This document shows, piece after piece, positions 27,289-36,677 of a DNA stretch of 64,000 bases (positions within the stretch are counted from its first letter, which is position 1; each line of letters opens with the position of its first letter). The notes under the pieces were generated by a model. That model had not been told where the DNA came from. It saw only the letters and a list, made by a program, of their open reading frames with translations, and did not search any database. Made by a program: the position numbers and the translations under genes. Source of the DNA: an uncultured Bacteroidales bacterium (GTDB lineage Bacteria; Bacteroidota; Bacteroidia; Bacteroidales; UBA11471); NCBI GenBank assembly GCA_947593515.1, contig CANQDQ010000003.1:22497-86496 (forward strand). Direction: 5' to 3'.

Positions 27289-28122
27289 TCACAAACATTC
27301 GCGCACTGCCTGCAAAAACGCATTCTGCAACGATGCATTGGCGGCTACGACATCGAAAGGCGACGATGCCCAGCCCCGCGGGTCGGGAACGGCGTCCAGC
27401 CAGTCGGCGCCCGAAAAATCGACGGTGCTGCCGCCCGCCTCGCGCAAAATGAGCATTCCGGCGGCTATATCCCAGATGTGCAGAGCCGGCTCCACATAGG
27501 CATCGACCCTACCTGCCGCCACGTCGCAAATATCCATTGCCGCCGAGCCGCAGATGCGCACGCCGCCCACTTTGCCGTAGAAGCGGTGCAGCAGCGCCGA
27601 CACCGCAGCGCCATGACGCACGGCATCGTAGGGCAACCCGATATGTATGTATGCCGCCCCTAAGGCAGCGACCGGTGAAACGCCGATGCGGCGGTCGTCG
27701 AGATACGCCCCACCGCCTTTCAACGCCCAAAAACACTCGTCGCGGCACGGCTCGTAAACGACACCCGCCACTATGCCGTCGGTAAGATGTGCCAACGCCA
27801 CGCTCACGGCGTAGGGCGATGCACCGTGCACGTAATTGGTGGTACCGTCGAGCGGGTCGATAATCCAGAACCATGCCTCGCCGGAATAGGCGGCAGTAGC
27901 CTCTTCGGTAATGAAACCCGCCGAAGGCAGCAGCCGCGACAAGGCGGCAACCAAACGCCGCTCGGACTCCTTATCGACATACGAAACATAGTCGTGCAAG
28001 TTCTTTTCCTCGACCCGCGAGGCATCAAACACCAAACGCTCGCGCCGCTGAAATAATCCCGTTTCGCGAGCGGCGGCGCAAATCTTCCGGACAAACTCCG
28101 GCGTCAAAATCTCCGTTTTCAT
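27289..28122 (-). CDS. suhB: inositol monophosphatase family protein
   Basis: 277 aa with 'WIIDPLDGTTNYVHG' and 'WDIAAG' motifs. Confidence 0.88.
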   Translation of the reverse strand: MKTEILTPEFVRKICAAARETGLFQRRERLVFDASRVEEKNLHDYVSYVDKESERRLVAALSRLLPSAGFITEEATAAYSGEAWFWIIDPLDGTTNYVHGASPYAVSVALAHLTDGIVAGVVYEPCRDECFWALKGGGAYLDDRRIGVSPVAALGAAYIHIGLPYDAVRHGAAVSALLHRFYGKVGGVRICGSAAMDICDVAAGRVDAYVEPALHIWDIAAGMLILREAGGSTVDFSGADWLDAVPDPRGWASSPFDVVAANASLQNAFLQAVRECL

Positions 28123-28255
28123 TCCATAATATATAAGACTCCAAAGATACGGAATGTATAAATATGATACGCCGTATCAATGAAAAAAAATAGCGGATTC
28201 CATTTTCTCTTGATATTTTTTTCGCCAATTTTTTTTTGTTTTGAAAAAGAAATTC

Positions 28256-28263
28256 TATATTTG
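28256..28263 (+). promoter_or_regulatory. -7 box TAtaTTTG for the exbB operon
   Basis: Exact TAnnTTTG match. It implies a leader of about 230 nt before the exbB ATG at 28499. Confidence 0.45.
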
Positions 28264-28498
28264 AGCCACATTTTGCGATAAAAGGATATCGCAAAATGGG
28301 CGAACGACCTTGACTGATACCATGTAACGCTGTCAAACAGAAACGATTTCCGTTGTCGCCGACATGGGTAATGGTGTGTCAAATTTTGTCTCGACCGACT
28401 GTCACGTCTTGATTTTTCGTCCGATTGCAATAAAGATTTTGAAACAAATAACATAAAAATTCACAAATTGTAAACCAACAAAAAAAGAATCTTTTATT

Positions 28499-29335
28499 AT
28501 GGAGACAAAACAACCCAAAGCTCAAAAAGCAAAGAAGGAATCGAAAGGATTCCGCGGTATTGAATCGGCATTCGCCGTAATCGTCGTATGCTTCATCATC
28601 GCACTCTGTATCTACAATTTCGTATTGGGAGATGTATCGAACTTTACCGATGAAACCCGCAGCGAGCCTGTTCCGGGCAACTTGTTGGGTACTATCTACA
28701 AAGGTGGTGTCATCGTGCCCGTGCTGCAAACGTTGCTGCTCACCGTATTGGTGCTGAGTATCGAACGTGCATTCGCCATCATGACCGCCAAAGGTAAAGG
28801 CAGCCTCACCAAATTCGTTGCCAACGTGAAAGCCGCTCTCGCAGCCAACGACCTCGACAAAGCACAACAGCTCTGCAACAAACAAAAAGGTTCGGTAGGC
28901 AGCGTGGTAACCTCCGTATTGAAAAAATACGCCGAAATGGAAGGCAACAACGAACTGACCAAAGAACAGAAACTCGCCAGCATACAGAAAGAGGTGGAAG
29001 AAGCTACCGCTCTCGAATTGCCGACACTGGAAATGAACCTCGCCGTCATCGCGACCATGACCACACTCGGTACTCTCGTCGGACTTCTCGGTACTGTGTT
29101 GGGTATGATCAAATCGTTCGCCGCTCTGGCAACCGCAACCGGCGCTCCCGACTCCGTAGCCCTCTCGACCGGTATTTCGGAAGCCCTTGTAAATACCGCT
29201 TTCGGTATCGCAACCGGTGCTTGCGCTGTTATTTCGTATAACTTCTTCACCAGCAAAATCGACAAAATCACTTACGCCATCGACGAAGTAGGTTTCTCCA
29301 TCGTACAATCTTACGCAGCAAACCACAGCAAGTAA
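28499..29335 (+). CDS. exbB: MotA/TolQ/ExbB proton-channel protein
   Basis: 278 aa, multi-TM. C-terminal 'MTTLGTLVGLLGTVLGMIKSFAAL...GISEALVNTAFGI' is the ExbB/TolQ signature region. Confidence 0.9.
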   Translation: METKQPKAQKAKKESKGFRGIESAFAVIVVCFIIALCIYNFVLGDVSNFTDETRSEPVPGNLLGTIYKGGVIVPVLQTLLLTVLVLSIERAFAIMTAKGKGSLTKFVANVKAALAANDLDKAQQLCNKQKGSVGSVVTSVLKKYAEMEGNNELTKEQKLASIQKEVEEATALELPTLEMNLAVIATMTTLGTLVGLLGTVLGMIKSFAALATATGAPDSVALSTGISEALVNTAFGIATGACAVISYNFFTSKIDKITYAIDEVGFSIVQSYAANHSK

Positions 29336-29364
29336 TCGAAAACAACTTCTGAAACAGTAAGATT

Positions 29365-29988
29365 ATGCCAAAAGTAAAAGTAAAAAGGAAGAGTACCGCC
29401 ATCGACATGACCGCGATGAGCGACGTAACCGTGCTTCTGCTTACTTTCTTCATGCTGACCTCTACTTTCGTAGAACCGGAACCGGTACAGATTTCCGTAC
29501 CTTCGTCCGTTTCGGAAATTAAAATTCCCGAAACCAACGTTCTCCAAATTCTGGTGGAAGCGGACGGACGAATCTTCATGGGAGTAGATGGTCCGGCTAT
29601 CCGGGTAGCCATGCTGAGAGATGTTGCAGAACAATACGGATACGAATTTACCGACCAAGAGTTGGTCAACTTCCAAGAATCCGCTTTCTTCGGCGTACCC
29701 CTTTCACAATTGAAAGCGTTGCTCGACCTGCCTCTTGAAGACCAAGAGAAAGTAATGGTCGCACAAGGCACCGGCGTTCCTATCGACTCGACCGCCAACC
29801 CGAGCAACGAATTCAAAGCATGGGTAAAAGCCGCCCGTAAAGCCAATCGCGACGTAAGAATCTCTATCAAGGCTGCCTCGGACACGCCTTATTCGAAGAT
29901 TCATTTGGTGATGTCGTCGTTGCAGGATATTCGCGAAAACCGCTATAACCTGATAACCACGCTCAAAAGCGTTGCCGGCGATTTTTAA
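29365..29988 (+). CDS. exbD: ExbD/TolR biopolymer transport protein
   Basis: 207 aa. 'IDMTAMSDVTVLLLTFFML' is the N-terminal TM typical of ExbD. Confidence 0.85.
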   Translation: MPKVKVKRKSTAIDMTAMSDVTVLLLTFFMLTSTFVEPEPVQISVPSSVSEIKIPETNVLQILVEADGRIFMGVDGPAIRVAMLRDVAEQYGYEFTDQELVNFQESAFFGVPLSQLKALLDLPLEDQEKVMVAQGTGVPIDSTANPSNEFKAWVKAARKANRDVRISIKAASDTPYSKIHLVMSSLQDIRENRYNLITTLKSVAGDF

Positions 29989-30010
29989 TAACTGTTAGAA
30001 TGTAAGAATT

Positions 30011-30667
30011 ATGGCAGAAGTACAACAAAAAGACGGCGGCAAGAAGAAAGGCAAACAGAAAAAAATGAATATTCGTGTCGATTTCACCCCTATGGTCGAT
30101 ATGAATATGTTGCTCCTCACTTTCTTTATGCTCTGTACCACCATGAGCAAACCTCAGACGATGGAAATCAGTATGCCGTCGAACGACAAAACACTGACAG
30201 AGCAGGAACGGGATAAAGTGGCAGCCTCCCGCGCTATCACTATTATTCTCGGTGGCGAAGACCGCGTGTACTACTATACGGGAGAACCCAACTACGAAGA
30301 TTGGACTTCTCTGCAAGAAACTTCTTACGCCGACGATGGTCTGCGTGCCATGCTGTTGGGTCGTAACCAAGAAGTGGTAGCAAAAATACGCGAGCTGAAA
30401 AAAGAAAAGATCGATACCGGTATGTCCGATGAAGAATACGACAAGCGCGCAAGCGAAATAAAAGACGCCAAAACCGCACCTATCGTCATCATCAAGGCAA
30501 CCGACGACTCCACCTACAAAAACCTTGTCGATGCCCTCGACGAAATGCACATTTGCAGTATCAACAAATATGCGATTGTCGATATCACCGACGGCGATGA
30601 ATGGTTGGTCGAAAACTACGAAAAGAAGGGTGAACTCACCGATCAAATCGATAGAGACCAGATGTAA
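30011..30667 (+). CDS. exbD: ExbD/TolR biopolymer transport protein (second copy)
   Basis: 218 aa with 'VDFTPMVDMNMLLLTFFML'. Confidence 0.85.
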   Translation: MAEVQQKDGGKKKGKQKKMNIRVDFTPMVDMNMLLLTFFMLCTTMSKPQTMEISMPSNDKTLTEQERDKVAASRAITIILGGEDRVYYYTGEPNYEDWTSLQETSYADDGLRAMLLGRNQEVVAKIRELKKEKIDTGMSDEEYDKRASEIKDAKTAPIVIIKATDDSTYKNLVDALDEMHICSINKYAIVDITDGDEWLVENYEKKGELTDQIDRDQM

Positions 30668-30694
30668 TGTTGATTCACATAAAATCGAAAGAAA

Positions 30695-31519
30695 ATGGCA
30701 AAAATAGATTTAACTTCCAAAGATTGGTGTGAATTGATTTTCGAGGGCAGAAACAAAGCCTACGGCGCATACAGTATGCGGCAAGGCTCTGCCAAACGAC
30801 ACAATATGGCGACATTGATTGTCGTTGTAGGTGTCATTCTGGTCATCGTACTCCCGATGTTGATCAAGTTTATCACACCCGAAAAAGAAAATAAAATCGT
30901 TGTAACAGAGGTAACCACGCTGGCGAAACTGCCCGATGCCGAAATCAAACGGAATGAGGAACTGCAGCCCGCCATGCGTCCGACCACCCCTCCGCCTCCT
31001 TTGAAGAGTTCTATCAAATTTACCGCTCCCGTCATCAAGAAAGACGAAGAAGTGGGTGAAGAAGATGAAATCAAATCACAGGACGAACTGGCAGCGCGCG
31101 GCAATGTAGCCATCTCCGTAGCCGACGTAAAAGGTAACGACGAAATCGACGGTCAGGATATTGCCGACTTCAAAGATTTCATCGCCCCCGAAGTCGAAGA
31201 AGAAGAGGTATATATCGCCGTAGAAGAAATGCCTATGTTCCCCGGCGGAGAAGAAGCGTTGATGAAGTACATTCACGACCATCTCCAATATCCGCAAATC
31301 GCTGTGGAAAGAGGGCTTGAAGGTCGCGTAACGGTACGCTTCGTCGTAAACAAAGAGGGTTATGTACAAGATGTTACCGTATTACGTGGCGTTCACGAAC
31401 TGCTCGACCGCGAAGCCGTGCGCGTGATTCAAAGCCTCCCGCGTTTTGCACCGGGTCGTCAAAACGGTAATTCCGTAAACGTTTATTACAACGTTCCGGT
31501 GGCATTCCGCCTCGAATAA
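30695..31519 (+). CDS. tonB: TonB family energy transducer
   Basis: 274 aa with an N-terminal TM and a Pro-rich linker 'RPTTPPPPLK'. C-terminal TonB domain 'FPGGEEALMKYIHDHLQYPQIAVERGLEGRVTVRFVVNKEGYVQDVTVLRG'. Confidence 0.9.
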   Translation: MAKIDLTSKDWCELIFEGRNKAYGAYSMRQGSAKRHNMATLIVVVGVILVIVLPMLIKFITPEKENKIVVTEVTTLAKLPDAEIKRNEELQPAMRPTTPPPPLKSSIKFTAPVIKKDEEVGEEDEIKSQDELAARGNVAISVADVKGNDEIDGQDIADFKDFIAPEVEEEEVYIAVEEMPMFPGGEEALMKYIHDHLQYPQIAVERGLEGRVTVRFVVNKEGYVQDVTVLRGVHELLDREAVRVIQSLPRFAPGRQNGNSVNVYYNVPVAFRLE

Positions 31520-31538
31520 TACGGAATCCTATTCCTTG

Positions 31539-31575
31539 AAAACTCCGTGCAAACAGTGGTTTGCACGGAGTTTTT
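31539..31575 (+). terminator. intrinsic terminator after tonB
   Basis: Perfect 12-bp stem CTCCGTGCAAAC/GTTTGCACGGAG with a 4-nt loop, followed by TTTTT. Confidence 0.85.
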
Positions 31576-31677
31576 GCTTTCCCGTTTCACTCGAAAACCA
31601 CATTTCGTCCGACTGTCGAAATGTCACTTATTAAATATAAGTAACACCTTTTTGTTTCTTTATCGAAAATATTTATT

Positions 31678-31685
31678 TATCTTTG
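31678..31685 (+). promoter_or_regulatory. -7 box TAtcTTTG
   Basis: Exact TAnnTTTG match about 50 nt upstream of the ATG at 31735. Confidence 0.45.
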
Positions 31686-31734
31686 AAGCCGTGATGTAAA
31701 AAATGAAAGGGCGGAGACAACTCCCATTCAGAAA

Positions 31735-31977
31735 ATGAACGAAGAAAAGAATACACAACTGTCTGAAAATGAAAATATAAAACCGAAAGCAAAAATAAGC
31801 CGCGTCGGTTTTATTTTCGGTATCGTCATGCTGGTGGTATATTTCGGCATGGTCTATCTGTTGTTGTTTTCCCCCATATTCGAGGCAACATTCAAGCCCC
31901 TAATGCGTTATATATTTGCAGCAATATTTGCCGCATACGCCGTATTCCGCAGCTATCGTTTCGTCAAACAGCTATAA
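31735..31977 (+). CDS. small two-TM membrane protein, unknown function
   Basis: 80 aa with two hydrophobic helices (GFIFGIVMLVVYFGMVYLLLF; YIFAAIFAAYAVF). It lies directly upstream of the pstS-like gene. Confidence 0.5.
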   Translation: MNEEKNTQLSENENIKPKAKISRVGFIFGIVMLVVYFGMVYLLLFSPIFEATFKPLMRYIFAAIFAAYAVFRSYRFVKQL

Positions 31978-31981
31978 TTCG

Positions 31982-32941
31982 ATGAAAACACCGCTATTTT
32001 TTATCGGAACTTTATGTTTGGGATTATCCGTCCTGACGGGTTGTAGGGGAGAGAAACGTCCGGAAAGCACACTGCCGAAAGAAACGACCACATCGGGCAT
32101 TATCACCATCTGCGTCGATGAAACCCTCAAACCCATCATACAGGAAGAAATCGAAGTATTCGAGGGGCTTTATGCCAACGCCGACATCATACCGAAATAC
32201 ACCACCGAAGTCGAAGCGTTCAACGAATTATTCGCCGACAGCGTAAAACTCATCATAGCGACACGCCCCCTTACCGACAACGAAATCGCTGCACTGAAAA
32301 GCCGCAAGCTCTTTCCGAAAATATCGAAAATAGCCATCGACGGCATCGCCCTCATCACCAACCGGAACAATCCCGATTCGCTGATTACGATGGAGCAGCT
32401 GCACGATATATTCACCGGAAAAACGACCCGCTGGAACCAGATATACCCCGACTCCCGCATGGGTGAACTCGAAGTGGTATTCGACAACACCAATTCGAGC
32501 ACCGTGCGCCATATCATCGAGCAGGTATGCAAAGGCGATTCGCTCGCCGGCAACATCAAAGCACGGAAAGACAACGAAGACGTCATCGAATACATCACCC
32601 AAGTGCCCAACGCCATCGGCGTGATAGGCTCGAACTGGATAGGCAATGCCGACGACTCGACCCATCTCTCTTTCTCCGACCGGATACAAGTGATGCTCGT
32701 CAGCTCCGACCCCATCGCTTTCAACGGAAACAGCTATCAGCCGTTCCAAGCCTATCTGGCAATGCAGACCTATCCGCTGCGGCGGGAAATTTACATGATA
32801 TGCACCTCGAACCGCACAAGCCTGCCTTACGGTTTCACCTCGTTCGTCAGCTCGGAAAAAGGGCAGCGCATCATTCTCAAATCGGGAATACTGCCTGCCA
32901 CACAACCCTTACGTGTAGTCAATATCAGAGAAAATTTATAA
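31982..32941 (+). CDS. PstS-like periplasmic substrate-binding lipoprotein
   Basis: 319 aa from the ATG at 31982. Lipobox 'LSVLTGC'. It has a PBP-like fold sequence (IIATRPLTDNE..., GVIGSNWIG). Confidence 0.65.
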   Translation: MKTPLFFIGTLCLGLSVLTGCRGEKRPESTLPKETTTSGIITICVDETLKPIIQEEIEVFEGLYANADIIPKYTTEVEAFNELFADSVKLIIATRPLTDNEIAALKSRKLFPKISKIAIDGIALITNRNNPDSLITMEQLHDIFTGKTTRWNQIYPDSRMGELEVVFDNTNSSTVRHIIEQVCKGDSLAGNIKARKDNEDVIEYITQVPNAIGVIGSNWIGNADDSTHLSFSDRIQVMLVSSDPIAFNGNSYQPFQAYLAMQTYPLRREIYMICTSNRTSLPYGFTSFVSSEKGQRIILKSGILPATQPLRVVNIRENL

Positions 32942-32960
32942 CACAAACACAAAATCTATT

Positions 32961-34697
32961 ATGCAAACTAAAACACTGTTAGTATCGAGCCTCCTCCTTA
33001 TCGGAGGCGTATCGACTCCGCTCTTCGCACAAAACTATGCCGACGGAATCGAGTACTTCAAATCGGGACAACCCGACCGCGCCAAAATCATTTTGGAACG
33101 CACGTTGAACGATGCCGAAACCAACAAAACGGAATCGTACTACTATCTCGGAGAAATCGCTTTCCCTACAAGCAAAGACTCTGCGTTGATGTACTACGAA
33201 CTGGGTATCGCAGCAGACCCCATGTTCCCGCTCAACTACATCGGTCGCGGTAAAGTCGCTATGGGTCAACCCGCAGCCAACGACGAGAAATCGGTAAAAG
33301 CTGCTGTAAAAGCCGGCGATAAAATGATGAAAGAGGCTTTCAAAATCAAAGGCGCCAAGAAAGACCCCGCCGTCGCTCTTGCCTATCTGAAAGCCTATCA
33401 CGACAATGTATTGCCTTTCGAGGATATCAAAGACAAATACTATGAAAGCCATCTCGCCGACTACGCTCCTTACTACGTATTTCTCGGCGATATAGAGGCT
33501 GCCAAAGAAAATTGGGGCGATGCCTGCAAAAATTACGAACTGGCATTCGACTGGTACGACACCGCCTGCGTGGAAGCCTACATCAAATATGCCGGCATCT
33601 ATTTCCACATCAGACCCGATATGGCTATCGAAAAAGTGTTGAAACTCCTTGCCATGCGTCCGACTTCGGCTATCGCCCAACGCGAACTTGCCGAATCGTA
33701 CTACCGCGCCGACCAATTCAACAACGCCGTAACCGCCTACGAGGTCTATATGGCTAACCCGAACGCCTTTGTAACCGACCGTCCCCGCTATGCCGCCCTG
33801 CTCTACTACGACAAACGGTATGACGAGTCGCTGGACCTGACGGAAGAATTGTTGAAGAGCTTCCCCGACAACCTGATGTTGAAACGTCTGGCGATGTACA
33901 ACAATTATGAAATAAAAGACTATACCGCAGCCTTGAAAGCTGCCGACGCTTTCTTCTCCACACCTGACGCAGAGTTCAACAGCCGCGACTACGTGCAATA
34001 CGGCAAATTGTGCCTCGAAACCGGAAGTATCGATAAAGGTATCGAAGCGCTCGAAAAAGCCATTGAAATCGACCCGACCCGTCTCGAAAACTACAAAGAG
34101 CTGACAAATGCACTCTCCAAAAACGGCAGATACCTGCGCCGCGCCGAAGTGAACGAAAAATACATCAACCAGCTGGAGGCATTGGAACAGGAAAAAACGC
34201 AAGACTATTTCGTCGGCGGTCGTTACTACTATATGGCTGCATCGCGGGCTTTCCAAAACAACGACCAAACAGAAACGGCATTTGCCGCGGCAAAAGCCGA
34301 CAGCCTCTTTGCCATCGTAGTGGAAAAAGCTCCGGAAGACTATCGCGGTCATATGTGGAGAGCCACTTCCACAGCCTTGCTCGACCCCGAGCGCAAGACC
34401 GGCGTTGCCATTCCGTTCTACGAAAAAACCATCGAAGTCATTCTCAATGACCTCAACAATACCGAAACGCCGCCTTCTGCTGCTGTTACCGCCCGTCTGC
34501 AAAAAGACCTCATCGATGCTTATACCTATATGGCAAACTTCGATTACATGGCAGAATACAACAAATATCTGACACTGCCGGAGGAACAGAAAGCCACTTT
34601 CAAATTCGCGAAGACCATCGAATGGTGTAACAAGATTCTCGCTATCGACCCCAACCACGAAGCGACCAAAGAATTTCTTGCTATCATCAGTCAATAA
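32961..34697 (+). CDS. TPR-repeat protein (exported)
   Basis: 578 aa with a signal peptide and repeated TPR-like A/Y/L patterns (e.g. 'AVTAYEVYMANPN', 'GIEALEKAIEIDP', 'CNKILAIDPNHE'). Confidence 0.75.
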   Translation: MQTKTLLVSSLLLIGGVSTPLFAQNYADGIEYFKSGQPDRAKIILERTLNDAETNKTESYYYLGEIAFPTSKDSALMYYELGIAADPMFPLNYIGRGKVAMGQPAANDEKSVKAAVKAGDKMMKEAFKIKGAKKDPAVALAYLKAYHDNVLPFEDIKDKYYESHLADYAPYYVFLGDIEAAKENWGDACKNYELAFDWYDTACVEAYIKYAGIYFHIRPDMAIEKVLKLLAMRPTSAIAQRELAESYYRADQFNNAVTAYEVYMANPNAFVTDRPRYAALLYYDKRYDESLDLTEELLKSFPDNLMLKRLAMYNNYEIKDYTAALKAADAFFSTPDAEFNSRDYVQYGKLCLETGSIDKGIEALEKAIEIDPTRLENYKELTNALSKNGRYLRRAEVNEKYINQLEALEQEKTQDYFVGGRYYYMAASRAFQNNDQTETAFAAAKADSLFAIVVEKAPEDYRGHMWRATSTALLDPERKTGVAIPFYEKTIEVILNDLNNTETPPSAAVTARLQKDLIDAYTYMANFDYMAEYNKYLTLPEEQKATFKFAKTIEWCNKILAIDPNHEATKEFLAIISQ

Positions 34698-34709
34698 ACA
34701 TCTTACCAC

Positions 34710-34741
34710 AAAAAAGCCCGACCGATGGTCGGGCTTTTTTT
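34710..34741. terminator. bidirectional intrinsic terminator
   Basis: AAAAAA-GCCCGACC-gat-GGTCGGGC-TTTTTTT, shared by convergent genes. Confidence 0.85.
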
Positions 34742-34778
34742 ACCTATAACAAATCTTCTTCCCCCTACATATAAAATT

Positions 34779-35387
34779 TTAGCGGTGGGGAGGCTTCTCA
34801 TCTTGCTTGCGCATCATCTCAAAAGAGAAACGCGACTCGGCATCATATACCCGCAGCAACTTTTCTGCCGGCAATATCCGTTTGAATTTTTCAAAATATT
34901 CGTTTTGCAACCGCGCCTCTTCTGTCGCAGCATCGAGGCGTTTCTGCACGGCAGCCTGATACTCGGCATCGGGAATTTTTCTATTGTCCTTGTTCCGCAA
35001 CAAACGTTTGACCGTGCGCTGGGCATCGTCATGCAGCTTGAATATCGCAGTCTGCAACTCTTCATAGAGAGGGAAAAAGCGGGCGCTTTCCTGTTCCGTC
35101 AAGCCGGCTTGTTCTCGCAAAAAATCACGCTTGCGGGCTTTGAACAATTCGACTTTACAATAGCCTACCTTTCGACCCGTCTCCCGTAACGTTTTACGAG
35201 CTTCCTCTTGTTTGTTTTGAGGCAATGCCTGTACGGCGGCTTTTTCTTTTTTATATTCTTCCTGTGCTGCTTTCAGTTGGGTTTCGGCTTCGGCTACAGT
35301 AAGAAGATGCTCCTGCGCAACGCCGCTCAACGGCATGGAAACCCACAGACAAAAAATAAATGCCGAAAGAATGGATTTTTTCATCAT
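34779..35387 (-). CDS. periplasmic Spy/CpxP-like (LTXXQ-type) protein
   Basis: About 202 aa from the ATG at 35387 (MMKKSIL...). It has a signal peptide, is helical and K/E/Q-rich, and carries 'GLTEQESARFFPLY'. It is the third gene of the ECF sigma operon. Confidence 0.55.
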   Translation of the reverse strand: MMKKSILSAFIFCLWVSMPLSGVAQEHLLTVAEAETQLKAAQEEYKKEKAAVQALPQNKQEEARKTLRETGRKVGYCKVELFKARKRDFLREQAGLTEQESARFFPLYEELQTAIFKLHDDAQRTVKRLLRNKDNRKIPDAEYQAAVQKRLDAATEEARLQNEYFEKFKRILPAEKLLRVYDAESRFSFEMMRKQDEKPPHR

Positions 35388-35400
35388 ATCGTTGATTATT

Positions 35401-35748
35401 TTAATAGTCATACGCATCGGCTAAATAAATATATACATCGCCGTTATCGACACACGACGTCCAGATAAGTTCGTCATAGAATGCCTCTTGCGACTGCTCT
35501 TTGGCAAGCAAATCGTCTTGATTTCGGGCAGGCGAAAATATCCGTATCATCAAAGCGATACCCACGAACATGGCTGCCATATAAACCCACGTCTGTATGT
35601 GCGACCAAAGGGTTATTTTCGGTTTTTGCGGAAATTCGAGTTCCGGCAGCTGCTCTTCCATGCGTGCGGCGAATCGCTCGAAGTAGTCTTTGCCGGGTTC
35701 GGTGAATCCGTGTTTGCGATCGATTTTTTGCCAGATTTCGTTTTTCAT
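35401..35748 (-). CDS. single-TM protein, putative anti-sigma factor
   Basis: 115 aa with a central TM 'VYMAAMFVGIALMIRIF'. It lies directly downstream of the ECF sigma factor gene. Confidence 0.5.
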   Translation of the reverse strand: MKNEIWQKIDRKHGFTEPGKDYFERFAARMEEQLPELEFPQKPKITLWSHIQTWVYMAAMFVGIALMIRIFSPARNQDDLLAKEQSQEAFYDELIWTSCVDNGDVYIYLADAYDY

Positions 35749-35791
35749 TTTCTTCGTATTTGATATATAGACTGAATCGTAAACAAAAGGT

Positions 35792-36346
35792 TTAATTTGT
35801 GGACGTTAAATATTCTTCGATTTTTTTGACGGCATGATGATACGAGGCTTTCAAGGCACCGACAGAGGTACCGAGAATGCGGGAAATATCTTCATACTTC
35901 ATCTCGTCGAAATAGTGCATATTGAAGATAAGCCGCTGCTTTTCGGGCAGACGGAAGACTGCCTCCTGCAAAAGGCGTTGGGCTTCATCGCCGTCGAACC
36001 ATTCGTCGCTTTCGAGCTGTTCTATCAGGAAAGAGTCTTCGCCGTCGAGCGGGACGTTGTTTTGTTGGCGCTGCCGGGCAAGGAAAGTAAGCGTTTCGTT
36101 TATCGCTATGCGATAGAGCCATGTCGATAGCCGTGCATCGCCTCGAAAATAGATGATGTTCTGCCACGCTTTGAGAAAGGTGTTTTGCAGCAGGTCGTCG
36201 GCATCGTCGTGCGAAACGACCATCTTGCGTATCTGCCAATAAAGCGATTCGCTGTACTGCTTCACCACCTGCGTAAAGGCTTCGCGGCAATGGCGCGGGT
36301 CTTGCAGTCGGGCAACGATGACTTCTTCGTTATAGACAGATGACAT
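35792..36346 (-). CDS. ECF-type RNA polymerase sigma-70 factor
   Basis: 184 aa from the ATG at 36346 (MSSVYNEE...). Region 2 'DADDLLQNTFLKAWQNI...STWLYRIAINETL'. Region 4 'YEDISRILGTSVGALKASYHHAVKKI'. Confidence 0.9.
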   Translation of the reverse strand: MSSVYNEEVIVARLQDPRHCREAFTQVVKQYSESLYWQIRKMVVSHDDADDLLQNTFLKAWQNIIYFRGDARLSTWLYRIAINETLTFLARQRQQNNVPLDGEDSFLIEQLESDEWFDGDEAQRLLQEAVFRLPEKQRLIFNMHYFDEMKYEDISRILGTSVGALKASYHHAVKKIEEYLTSTN

Positions 36347-36528
36347 ATTTTCTCGTTTTCGGCGATATTTCTTTCTTCTTTCCGATAATCGCGATTTAGA
36401 CTGAATCCGGTCGGAAAGGTTTAACAGGCAAAAATATTTCGGGTATAAAGGTAAAATAAAAAAACGAATCCGATAAAAAACGCGTCGGACTATTGCGTAT
36501 TTCTCAAAAATGAATTTACTTTGCCGAC

Positions 36529-36584
36529 ACGATTTGTGGATGGATTTGGCTGCTTGCAACCACATAAAAAAACTGCTAAAACGA
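36529..36584 (+). promoter_or_regulatory. candidate SAM-II-like riboswitch (H-type pseudoknot) in the metK leader
   Basis: CGAUUUGUGGAUGGAUUUGGCUGCUUGCAACCACAUAAAAAAACUGCUAAAACG. P1 is UGUGG(36535-39)/CCACA(36560-64). Loop UUUGGC(36545-50) can pair with the 3' GCUAAA(36575-80). The A-rich linker and GCUAAAA tail recall the SAM-II consensus as I remember it. No covariance search was run. Confidence 0.45.
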
Positions 36585-36677
36585 TCGCACCTCCGGCTTT
36601 TCTGCCGGCAAAAATGTTCCTCTTTTACAGCGTTTTTCCCATCTCTTGTCGCAAATTTTCTACTTAAAAACGATAAG

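Noticed and set aside
32979-34709. 576-aa minus-strand ORF opposite the TPR gene
   Set aside because: Its composition is V/F/G/R-rich with no signal or motif. The + strand product has a signal peptide and TPR periodicity and ends at a shared terminator.
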